A stretch of 63,277 bases of DNA, filler included, from Sphacelaria rigidula (taxonomy: Eukaryota), in NCBI GenBank assembly GCA_964200075.2. It is 10 parts of 10 records of this genome, joined end to end, with 100 filler letters (N's around TTAATTAATTAA, not from the genome) between each part and the next. Parts side by side here need not be neighbours in the genome. Positions count along the whole stretch, not along the records: positions 50,704 to 56,940 come from CAXNAA020021316.1; positions 57,041 to 63,277 come from CAXNAA020021317.1; 8 more parts are not named here. One strand, 5' to 3'. Under the pieces are notes generated by a model. The model was not told where the DNA came from and did not search any database. It saw only the letters and a list, made by a program, of their open reading frames with translations. Numbering within the stretch: the first letter of the stretch is position 1; the number at the start of each line of letters is the position of its first letter. Positions 51,077-62,337 of the stretch are shown in pieces. The position numbers and the translations under genes were made by a program.

Positions 51077-53827
51077 ACGCCTAGGTTGTGCACACACACG
51101 AGTTGCATCACGTGAGCATCATACGGCATAGCGGGTAGCAGGGAGGTGGAGTTCTGCGCCGCACACGCCGGAGCGGGCATGGTCAACATGACGAACAAGC
51201 GGTGCAGTAAGGAGGGCTGCTCCACAAGACCATCGTTCGGTGCGGCTGGTAGCAGGAAAGCGGAGTTCTGCGCTGCTCACGCCCGAGCGGGTATGGTCGA
51301 TGTGAGGCACAAGCGGTGCGTCAAGGAGGGCTGCTCCACACACACATCGTTCGGTGCAGCTGGTAGCAGGAAAGCGGAGTTCTGCGCCTCACACGCCCGA
51401 GCGGACATGGTCGATGTGAATAAGAAGCGGTGCAGTGAGGAGGGCTGCTTCACATACCCATCGTACGGTGCAGCCGGTAGCAGAAAGGCGGAGTTCTGCG
51501 CCCCACACGCCCGAGCGGGCATGGTCGATGTGGTGAGCAAACGGTGCAGCGAGGAGGGCTGCTCCACAATACCGTCCTTTGGTGCAGCCAGTAGCAGGAA
51601 GGCGGAGTTCTGCGCCGCACACGCCCGAGCGGGCATGGCCAACGTGGTGAGCAAGCGGTGCAGTGAAGAGGGCTGCTCTGCAAGAGCATCTTTCGGTGCA
51701 GCCAGTAGCAGGAAGGCGGAGTTCTGCGCCGCACACGTCCGAGCGGGCATGGTCAATGTGAAGAGCAAGCGGTGCAGTGAAGAGGGCTGCTCTGCAAGAG
51801 CATCTTTCGGTGCAGCCGGTAGCAGGAAGACGGAGTTCTGCGCCGCACACGCCTCAGCGAGCATGGTCGATATGGTGAGCAAGCGGTGCAGCGAGGAGGG
51901 CTGCTCCACTCAACCATACTTCGGTGTAGCCGGTAGCAGGAAGGCGGAGTTCTGCGCCGCACACGCCCGAGCTGGCATGGTCGATCTGAAGAGCAAGCGA
52001 TGTGGCAAGGAGGGCTGCTCCACGAGACCATCGTTCGGTGCAGCCGGTAGCAGGAAGGCGGAGTTCTGCGCCGCACACGCCCGAGTCGGCATGGTCGGTG
52101 TGAGGCACAAGCGGTGCGGGACGAAGGCCTGCTCCACACTGCCATCGTTCGGTGCAGCCAGCAGCAGGAAGGCGGAGTTCTGCGCCGCACATGCCCGAGC
52201 GGGCATGGTCGATGTATCGAGCAAGCGGTGCGGCAAGGAGGGCTGCTCCACTCGACCATCGTTCGGCGCAACCAGTAGCAGGAAGGCGGAGTTCTGTGCG
52301 ACACACGCCCGAGCGGGCATGGTCAATGTGATAACTAGGCGGTGCGGCGAGGAGGGCTGGTCTACAACCCCATCGTTCGGTGTAGCCAGTAGCAGGAAAG
52401 CGGAGTTTTGCGCCGCACACGCCCGAGCGGGCATGGTCAATGTGAAGAACGAGCATTGTAGCGAGGAGGGCTGCTCCACAATACTATCTTTCGGTGCAGC
52501 CGGTAGCGGGAAGGCGGAGTTCTGCGCCGCACACACCCGAGCGGGCATGGTCGATGTGGGAGGCAAGCGGTGCGGCGAGGAGGGCTGCACCACAATACTA
52601 TCGTTCGGTGCAGCCGGTAGCAGAAAAACGGAGTGCCGCGCCGCACACACCCGAGCGGGCAGGGTCGATGTGGTGAGCAAGCGATGCGGCAAGGAGGGCT
52701 GCTCTGCGAGAGTATCGCTCGGTGCAGTCGGTAGCAGGAATGCGGAGTCCTCCGCTAGACACGCTCGAGCAGGTGTGCTTCACGCGAAAAACGAGCAGTG
52801 CGGCAAGAATGGCCACTCGAACCAATCATCGGTCGGTGCAGGAGCTGGCAGCAAGGTTGAGTTCTGCGCCGCACACGCCCAAGCGGGCACGGTCGACGTG
52901 ACACGAAGGCAGTGTGGGAAAAAGGGCTGCTTCGTGGTACCGTCATTTCGGGTAGCCTCTCGCAAGGAAGCGGAGTTCTGCCCTACACACGCCCGTCCAG
53001 GCATGGTCGATGTGGTACGACGGCGGTGCGGCAGAGAGGCCCGCTCCACACGACGGTCACCCGGTGCAGTCGGTGGAAGCGATGCGGAGTTATGCGCCGC
53101 ACACGCCAGCGCAGGCATAGCCTCCATCAACGGCAATTACTGTGCCTCGCTGCATCATTCTATCCTGGTTCGGGAGGACGGAAATATCTATCATCATGCT
53201 CCATATGGCTTGGTCAGAGGGTCTGATCCCACAGGACATGTCCGAGAAAAAAACTCAGCGAGTGATGCCTTGGTCGCGGGAGAGACTGGTGTCGGTATCG
53301 ATGATGGAGATGGAAAATCTAGCTATCCACCTCATGGCGGTCCCAACACGAATGACGGTGGTCGTGACGCTGAGTCTCGTCCCAGCTTGCGTGTCATCCG
53401 TGTGAGGGAATGGGGTGCAAATTCCACGACCACGTCGCCTTCCCCCTCGAAGCAGCCCCCCGGCGCGATGGCAGCAGATAGGGTTACTCCAGGTGGGTCA
53501 GAGATGCGCAGGGAAATCAAAATGGAAACGACTGTTGCGCCTGCGCGAGTTTTCGAGGGGATCCAAACTAGCAAACGAGTTACTGCGCGATCCAGCAGGT
53601 GCGACGGCATGAGCGGCTCCAGCAGGACTACCACAAGCAGTAGCATCACCAATAGAAGGAACACGAAGCGGCTTCGCCGGACGACCCAGGTGCTGCCGGT
53701 AGTTGACGTGGAAGCCGGGGATGATGGAGTGTCTGAAGTTAAAAGAACCGACGTGAAGTTGGAACTGAACGTGTCGTCCCCGTCTCGTCACGCGTCCGCG
53801 GCCTCATTCCGCCTGGGAAAGAGGTAG
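51077..53827 (+). CDS. Intronless EsV-1-7 cysteine-rich repeat protein (18 x 38-aa repeats plus low-complexity C-terminus); 5' end disrupted
   Basis: 114-bp repeat encoding C-x4-C-x4-SFG-x7-EFC-x2-H-x3-GMVDV. Open from 51116 to 53827, with an in-frame TGA at 51113 in repeat 1. First in-frame ATG at 51179. Confidence 0.9.
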
Positions 53828-55722
53828 ATTGAATGGAGGGCCCGTGCACGCCTTTTTCCCGGCATATGTTCGACAAAGCGTTGTTGCACCGTATCTGTGG
53901 TGCGCAAGTCGTGATTTTACTCGAATCTTTGCCGTGCATATCGGTTTATTTGTTTTCAAGTCAAATCGTGCAGCTATCTTCGGTCGGTGGCTTGGGAGGC
54001 GGACGCCGCTGAGTCGTTTTTTTCGATGTATGTGTGGTGGCGGATTATCTGCAGCACTGGTTTCCGAAACATGATGAAATTGCAATCTGCATCTTCTAAT
54101 GGTCATGCCATGACCTTTTACTCGTTACCGCGCAGAAAGGGTAGCCATGTGCCGTACCGCCGCGTCCCAGTGATGCCACGTGTTCATGCAGAATCGATCA
54201 GGGCGAAATGTTTGGGCTTGGAATCCCGGTGGATACGTTTCCTTATATCTATGTGATTTCCGTCTTCGAAAACGTGAGGGCATGAGTATTCGGGAATATC
54301 TGACGACAGCCGGCAAGGTGTGGGAGTGCTGATCTCAGCGGTGATACCAAAATGCTGGGAATTCACCACGGGAAACATGGGTTGATCCCTCGAGACTACA
54401 AACTTCTCCCGAGGTACGGGGTGGGTCGAGAGGATAACGAAGATTAGCGCAGTCAATGCGCTGCTTGTGCAGCCATTGATTGCCTCTCCAGATACAGGGT
54501 GGGATACTTGTACCTAGCGGCAAGAAAGCGCAGCTGGAGGGTACATCTCCACTAGGTAGCAGGAGGCTTCGAACTGTTTGGGAATATTGACATGAGATGG
54601 TCACGTAAAGCGCAGTGGTACGACGCACATGCATCATGTTGAACGATAACGCGCACCTTTAGTTACGGTTGAGTATGTGCGACATCCGTGCCCGCCTGTA
54701 AGCTATGCACCTGTGGGAATATCGAGGTTGTCAGTGTCATGAAGTTAAGAATCACCCACACCAAAACCGAGTTTCAAACTGCAATATGAGTGCGGAAACA
54801 GGACAGTTCGAGCAAACCCCAACAGTTAGACACGGAGTGTTTCGCAGCCGACACTTGGATTCCAATTTTCAAATTGGCTGTTGTCTCAGGCTCTTCCACA
54901 TTCGGCATTGGACTTCTGTGACAGAAAACACTCTCAATTGTTTCGAAATACTTGGGGAAAAAAAAGTCGAAAAACTGGTCGCAACATGACCCCATTATAT
55001 GGAGTACAGGTTACTTCACTGAAAACAAGACAACTCTGCAGTGGTGTATGGAGCACATAATACCACATTGAACCCAAGACAAGACAACACAGCACAGGTT
55101 CTGCAGTGTTTAACTTAAACACGGACTGTACGCTAGAAGCCTACATCGCAGAGATGCGAGTCCATTCTCAGCTACCACCGCAACCCTGCAGCGTTGAGCA
55201 CGAGTCAAGCACCGGGATAGATACACTGCAGTAGCTGGGTATGCTTTGTTATTTTTGCTTGGCGAAAACTTGCTCGTCTTGTCTCATGGTGGTCATCAGC
55301 GACAGAACTGCGTGGTACGGTGGGCAACCGAGTTGCGTGCACGCCCATGGATAGTGCAGTGTGTACAAAGCAGCACGTTGCTGAAGTCCTGATCACGTCG
55401 CATTGTAAGTGATGCAAGTGGGGAGAGCTGATAGTCCTTGACTGCCTGGACTGTATGTTGCCTACATCGCCTTCATATCCTGCTGGACGAAACACGCACA
55501 CACGCACTCAAGACGGTCTGCTTGCAAGCGGTGCTTGGTGCTTACAAGCGGTGCAGACAGTACAGACTGTGTGTATTGTACACGAGTGACCCTGTGCTGT
55601 GTCACGAATTTCACTGAATTTGTTATATCGGAAGCTTGAACATCCATCTGAACCCACCTGCATCAAAACGAGATTGTTTTGCTCAGATTGATTCCACTGC
55701 TCCACTTTCTCGATCGAAAAGA

Positions 55723-56192
55723 CAGACCCTAGACACAACAAGGCAACACCACACCTACACACCAAGCCCCGAAATAACACGCACAGACACCCACCACTCA
55801 CGCGCATTAGTTTTACTGCTAGCCCTTGCTTATCTACACACAACAGGCTTTGTTTGACAGCAAATCAAGCCGCCGCTGCTCATAAGCTGTGCACGTTGTG
55901 CGTGACCTTGCTCAAGTCTGTTCAAAATTCAGTGAGAACTGATCATTTGTGTGAGACGCGCGCGCAGCACGGGCTTACAACACGATCAGCAACGACACGT
56001 TTTGGGTTGTTCTTGACACACATGTAGCCGCCATTCGTCCAATATATAACGGATTTCTGTCAAACAAAGACTGCAGTGTGTAGATTAGCAAGGGCTAGCA
56101 GTGAAACAAATGCGCGTGAGTGGTGGGTGTCTGTGCGTGTTATTTCGGGCGTGGGTGTGTAGGTCTTGTGTTACCTTGTTGTGTCTTGTCTG
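55723..56192. mobile_element. Fold-back element with about 140-bp inverted arms
   Basis: cccgaaataacacgcacagacacccaccactcacgcgcatt...ctgctagcccttgct is mirrored at about 56085-56150. Confidence 0.8.
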
Positions 56193-57120
56193 CAGCATTG
56201 CACAGACCTTGGACCTGCTTGGACTAACGACCACTTCCAGACCCGCCGCATTTCTCGATCTGCGTGCAGATCTGGGTTCGAATCTGTACAAAACTGCTTG
56301 TCGATAGGACTGGGGACTGGTCGTTATAGGGCCAATCCCTGTGAAAAGGGGATAATCCTCTTCGTTACACCTAGACCGCGACGGGGGTGACCTGCTGAAT
56401 TGGCATCAATTTTCACTTGAAAAAGGGATGCATGATCCAGATGGACTACCCGCTTCGCGATCGAAGGGTTAACCCTTTAGACAGCGACCTCCCCCGCTGG
56501 TAGACCGGCCGGCGTATTTCTACCCCCACGGGCAGATTCCCTGAACGTACCCCCAAACTAGAACCAGTTCTGCAGCACGTTTGAGCAGACCCGCCGGTCG
56601 GACTAACACATTTTTGAAAGCACCCCCAGATAAGGGAGCCCACACACGATTCACGCGCGGCATATAGTACGCCACGCACACGAACAGCACCATAGCCCAC
56701 ACACACGGATAGCATCATAGCCCTCAGACAAATGTAAAGACGAAACGCCATCAACTAGTGGCAAAAGAGCAGCAGCCGTTCACATCATCACATATACGCT
56801 TAGCAGGCAGCCGACCCAGCTACTTTTGTACATGGTCAGTACATACAGACAGTACGGTATCCAGGAGAGTTCGTATAAACATAGAACAACAAATTGTGCG
56901 AATTGAGGTTTAACTCCGAAATGAGATTCAAGCCTAAAACNNNNNNNNNNNNNNNNNNNNNNNNNNNNNNNNNNNNNNNNNNNNTTAATTAATTAANNNN
57001 NNNNNNNNNNNNNNNNNNNNNNNNNNNNNNNNNNNNNNNNTATTAAAATGAAGACTAGCAACGTGAGTTTGAGAGTTTGGGGACGGCAACCACAAACCAC
57101 CGTCACTGGATGGGAAGGGT

Positions 57121-57158
<38 letters not shown>

Positions 57159-57709
57159 CGTTTTTACGGTTGTGTCCCGATATATACAGCCAGCTATGTT
57201 TGAGGACAGATATTGCTGGGCCATAGACGTGGTGCCGTGAGTGTCTATTTTGTGCGATTTGAGTTGATTGTTCATTGATCAACCTATGAGGTTCAGGGAT
57301 ACACTAGGGGATGACACACTCCTCAGCCCCTCCCCACCCCATCACCTCTGGACTTTTGGGTTGACGTCGAGTGGCAACGGCGCTGTAAAACCAGCCACCA
57401 GAAGCTAGACATCAAATGGACAGACTGTCACCGTACCTATACCATAGACCACCACTAGACAAGCGAAAGTCCCGGACCGACAGACACAAAAGTCCTGCAA
57501 CAACCTAAACAAACAATTTTGTTTCCCCCCAGAAAAATACAAGATGAATTTAGACATGATACAACAAAGCTGACGATTTGTTTTTCTAATTTTTCTCACA
57601 CCTTGTCCTAATTCTATGTGTCTTTCTTCCCCTCCTTTTTCTTTTCTTCATTTTCCCTTTTCCTCTTTCTCTGCATTCCTTCTTCCTTCTTCTGCTTTGT
57701 CGGTTTTCT

Positions 57710-58565
57710 CCGCTACTATAGCACGGCCCGGACGTAGACATGAAATAAAGAAGTTAACTATCCTTTTTCTGTAACCTACCATCACACAGTCCGGATATAG
57801 GCTTGCAATAACACAGCTAAACATCCTTTTTCTCTGACCTGCCATAACACAGCCCGTATATAGACATGAAATAACAAAGCTGACCATCCTTTTTCTCTAA
57901 CCTAACATAACACAGCCCAGATATAGACATGGAATAAAGAACTTGACCATTTGTTTTCTTTAACCTGCTATAACACAGCCCAGACATAGATATGGAATGA
58001 CAAAGCTAAGCATCTTTTTTCTTTAACCTACCATAACACAGCTCGGATATAGACATGAAATGACAAAGCTAACTATCCGTTTTCTTTAACCTACCATAAC
58101 ACAGCCCGGACATAGACGTGAAATAGAGAAGCTAACCATCCGTTTTCTTTAACCTACCATAACACTGCACAGACGTTGACATGAAACAAAGAAGCTAAGC
58201 ATCCTTTTTCTTCAGCCTACCATAACACAGCCCGGATATAGACATGAAACAAAGAACCTAGCCATCCTTTTTCTCTAACCTACCATAACACAGCTCAGAC
58301 ATAGATATGAAGTGACAAAGCTAACCATCCTTTTTCTTCAACCTACCATAACACAGCCCGGATATAGACATGAAATGACAAAGCTAACCATCCTTTTTCT
58401 CTAGCCTACCATGGCACAGCTCAGATATAGACATGAAATAAAGAGAATGATAATATTTTTCTTCAATTTGCCATAACACAGCCCAGACATAGATATGAAA
58501 TGACAAAGCTAACCATCCTTTTTCTTTAGCCTACCATAACACAGCCCGGATATAGACGTGAAATA
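57710..58565. repeat. 63-bp minisatellite, about 13.5 copies
   Basis: Consensus aacctaccataacacagcccggatatagacatgaaatgacaaagctaaccatcctttttctct. Unit starts at 57773, 57836, 57899, 57962, 58025, 58088, 58151, 58214, 58277, 58340, 58403, 58465 and 58528. Confidence 0.95.
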
Positions 58566-59999
58566 GCGGGGGGGAACAGCTCTATTTTCCCATGTCAAAA
58601 CGGAAAACAACCGAGATTATTCTTCCCCTCGTCATACCAGTGGTAAGACAAAAATAAAACCAAAACCTAGACATGTAAGCAATGGCGTGGAGGTTCACCA
58701 CCTTACATGCCAATCGAGAATACAGAAGATGTAACCAGTACGGACAAGGTAGGGTCATCACCCCCTCCATGTTGAATTCACATGGAGGTTGGGGTCTCGT
58801 GGCGAGATACCCGTATAACATTATCGGTTTCCATTAGATGATGGCAATCTGGTCAGCCATTTTCCTGAAATTTCCGACATTAGGTGCAAAAAGCGCCTAA
58901 TGGAGGGAAGTGGTGGATAATGCATGACATAAGCGTCAAGATTTACTGCACTCATGAAACACACACCCTGCCGATGACCGACCACATGACCTACGAGAAA
59001 GAGCATGAAGCAGTACGTAGATTTTTCGAGACCTTGAAGGATAGAAGCTTATACGAAGGGTGCGGGAACCGTTGGCCAAGCGTTCGGCAGCGAAGGTCTA
59101 CTCGAAAGCATTAAGGAAGTAGTGACCCATGGTGAACCGTACACGGAGTGGGGAAAAGTGATATACGGGGCATCCCGATGTGAGTGAGACCTTGAGTTAT
59201 GCAAGCCGTCCTTGAGCCTTATACGGTGAACATGATCTCCCTGGAGGAAAGTAACCAGTAAAGCAACAGGGCAAGAAGATAGAAGATGCGATCGTGGGAC
59301 GCCTGGATGGTTTACCATGAAGATCGCCTGGCACAAACGTGCGGTGCTTGTGTCAAATGTGTTGAACTTGGCTTTAGGCCACGAGCCCACGTTGGAGTCA
59401 TTACTCAGTGTCGGTGAGCCAGCAAAAGAACTGAAAGGCACCAGACCCCCAACAAGTACTAGGATTGGTATATCCCAGTACCTTGACTACATCCCACCAA
59501 TGCACTTGAAATGAACAAGCTATAGATATTCTCGAAATAGATCGAGAGAAAGAGAGGGTGAGGAAGGGCGGATGGAGCAGTAAAGAGTGGACGGGTAACG
59601 TACTAGCAGTGCTGGTATTCGCAGTCCGTAGCGATATAACGATAATAGAGTTTAAAAGGAAACGCAATGGAGTTGGACTATACTGTTTGGCAAGAAGAAA
59701 AGTAGAAAAGGGGAGAGAATAGTTCCGAATCACGCCAAAACAGAGCGCGAGCAAGGAGTAGGTAAAGAAAGAGACAAGTAAAGTGTCAGCATGGGTTGGA
59801 AGGGTAGGATGGAGAGTATGCATACCTTATGGAACAGCAAACCTAAGACGTAGTCCACGGGTAAACGGAGGGGGAGAGAGGCGGGAACAAGTAAGTGCCC
59901 GGAAGGGGAAGGGGAGGGGAAGGGAACACAGCGGCCCAAAGCAAATAGACAAAGGCCAAGCCAGAAACGGGAAGAAAAGACAAACAAGGGAGGGAAAAT

Positions 60000-62337
60000 A
60001 TGAATAGAAACGACGGAGAGAGGAAAAAAGACAAAAGGGAAGTGAATAGTGATTCGGAAAGGAAGGTGGGAATGGGATCGTGGGATGTGTGTGGATTCGC
60101 CACAGGCAAGCGCGAAAGAATAGAGATAGCCCATCAAGTAAGTAAGCGCAACCCAGATAAAGTGGGAATCCAAGAGTCATGTGAGAAAGAGCGGGCGGAA
60201 ATAGGATGCAAAGTTGAAGAGCACGTACGGATTGGGGGGGAGCGGAATGGACAAACACCCAAGGGCAGTGGAGCGGGGAGAGTAGGATTTTTAGTCAAGG
60301 AATACCGGTGTGCCATTATAGAAGTGATCGACGACTCGAAATTCGACGAGAGCATATGGATAAGGGTACCAGGAGAGCAGGGAACGAAGGATTTTTTCGC
60401 AGGTAATATCTACATGACCCCAGAATCAAAAGGTACGGTGAACGATATACAGCGGAGATTTGGAGAGATAACAGCAGATGCATGTAAGTATAAAAGGCAA
60501 GGAGAAGTAATGCTGGTAGGAGATTTTGATGTAAGGGTTGGAAAAGCAGGTTAACCAGATGATATCATTGAGCAATACGAGGAAGATAAGAAGAACACGA
60601 ATAGGGTAGAAATGCTCAAGTTCCATGAGCATAACGAGATGAAGGCGCTGAACGATAGAGCACAAAAGCCAGAGGCACACTGGGTATGGACTAGAAAGTG
60701 CAAAGACGAGATAGAACGCTCCGTTTTTGACTATGTGGTGAGAGAGCATGGAAATAGTGAAGAAGTGGAAGTTCATGCATTTGCGGAGGACGTGAGAACT
60801 ACTGACCATTGCCTAATATGGACATAAAACCAACAAACAAGAGCTACGAGTAAAAGAAACCGGCGGGGTAGGAAGTTCTACAAATGAAGAATTGACAACT
60901 AAAAATCGAAGAAGAACAGCAAGAGTTCCAAGAAGATATGCCCAAAAATGCAGTGAAATTTTCCGATCTGTTGGAGCGCGTAGGTACAGTTAATACCGAA
61001 ATGGAGAGGGATCGGGCAGGAGCGAAGATTATAGAAGGATGGGAGCAGTTGGTCAAAAACACAGCGAGTAAAGTCATGAGGGAGAAACTGATCGTTTGCA
61101 ACATAGCAGTCAAAAGATGGTATGAGGAAGTAAAAGAGGCTATAAGAGTAAGGAGAGAGGTCCACGCAAGATGCTTATCGAGTACAACTACGATAGGATG
61201 TGAGGAGTATACTAGAGCCGGAAAGGAAGTAGAAAGTTTGGCAGAGGAGAAAAAGAAGGGAGTACGGGAAGATGTGGTGAATAAAACAAATAAAGATATA
61301 GATGGCGGAATGAAACAAATTTGGGCAGGGATAAAAGGAATACGGGCTACCAGGCAGGAAAGATGGACCAGGGGATAGCTACACTCCGGGCACAGAACGG
61401 TAAAATGGCCAGCAGCTCGAAGGGGAAGAGAGAAGTGCTTGTCGAGCACTACCGTAAACTAGGAACACCAAAACCTAACACGGAGTTCGACATAGAATTC
61501 GAAAAAGAAATCAATGCGAGGGCAGAGGCAAATGTAGAGGCGTCAAAACGGGGGGATAGAGGCTCGACAGACCTGCAGAGAGGATTTACCAGAGATGGAA
61601 TAAAAGAGTGTGTAACTAAACTCAAGAACAGAAAGACAGCGGCGGAAGGCGAAATAGTGAACGAAACTCTGGAGTACGGGGGAAAGGGAATGATTACCTT
61701 GACGATTATGCTGCATAATTGGATCTGGGAAAACGGATACACACCCAAGAGATGGAGACACGGATTAGTCGTCAACCTTTCAAAACAGGAGACAAGACGG
61801 GCGCAGGGAATTATAGAGGGATAATGCTACTGCTCACGGTAGGGAAAACATTCTGTAAGATTCTGAATGATGGAGTGAGAACGATTCTAGAGAAAAAAGA
61901 AAAGTTCCGCGAGGGGCAAGCAGGATGGAGACTAACCCGTATTTGCGTAGACCATGTGCACACATTAGGTAGGTTATTTACGGTGGAAACGACGCCGGGC
62001 TGACAACATTTTGTTTTTTTCGAGACATTCCACCGTGTCCCGGTGGTGTAATGGTCCAACTGTCGCCACTAGGGTGGAGAGAACGAGGGTTCGATTTCCG
62101 ATGCGCTGGGTTTTTTCTTCGTAGTATCTGATTCCCCCGTGGAAAGCGTGAGAACGTGAATAAATGAAGTAGCTGACTGCGTTTGCTTGACGTGAGTTGA
62201 CGCGGTGCGGGAGTGACCGTCCCGAGGAGGGGGGGAGGGGTTCAAAGTGCGACAAAAAAATAAATAGAGGAAGAAAAATAATAATAAAACAAAAGGCCTA
62301 TGACAAAGTATGGAGAAATGGGCTGTGGAAACAAATG
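60000..62337 (+). mobile_element. Decayed LINE ORF2: APE endonuclease and reverse transcriptase
   Basis: APE motifs GSWDVCG, VGIQES, GRVGFLV, LVGDFD, FDYV and TDH. RT motifs LKNRK, NYRGIMLL, QAGWR and CFF.DI/QKAYD.VWR. Many stops and frameshifts. Confidence 0.9.
62030..62289 (+). mobile_element. tRNA-derived SINE inserted into the LINE RT
   Basis: Same family as 30722 (TGGTGTAATGG, GGTTCGATT), internally deleted, with an A-rich tail; splits gac att | caa aag gcc tat gac. Confidence 0.85.

Noticed and set aside
51113..51115. Selenocysteine TGA in the Cys-rich ORF
   Set aside because: The position aligns with the variable Arg site rather than a Cys, so CGA to TGA is the simpler explanation.
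51277..53136. Long antisense ORFs over the EsV-1-7 gene
   Set aside because: These are shadows of a GC-rich in-frame 114-bp repeat.
57710..58565. CRISPR-like array
   Set aside because: Units are homologous along their whole length with no unique spacers, there are no cas genes, and the context is eukaryotic.
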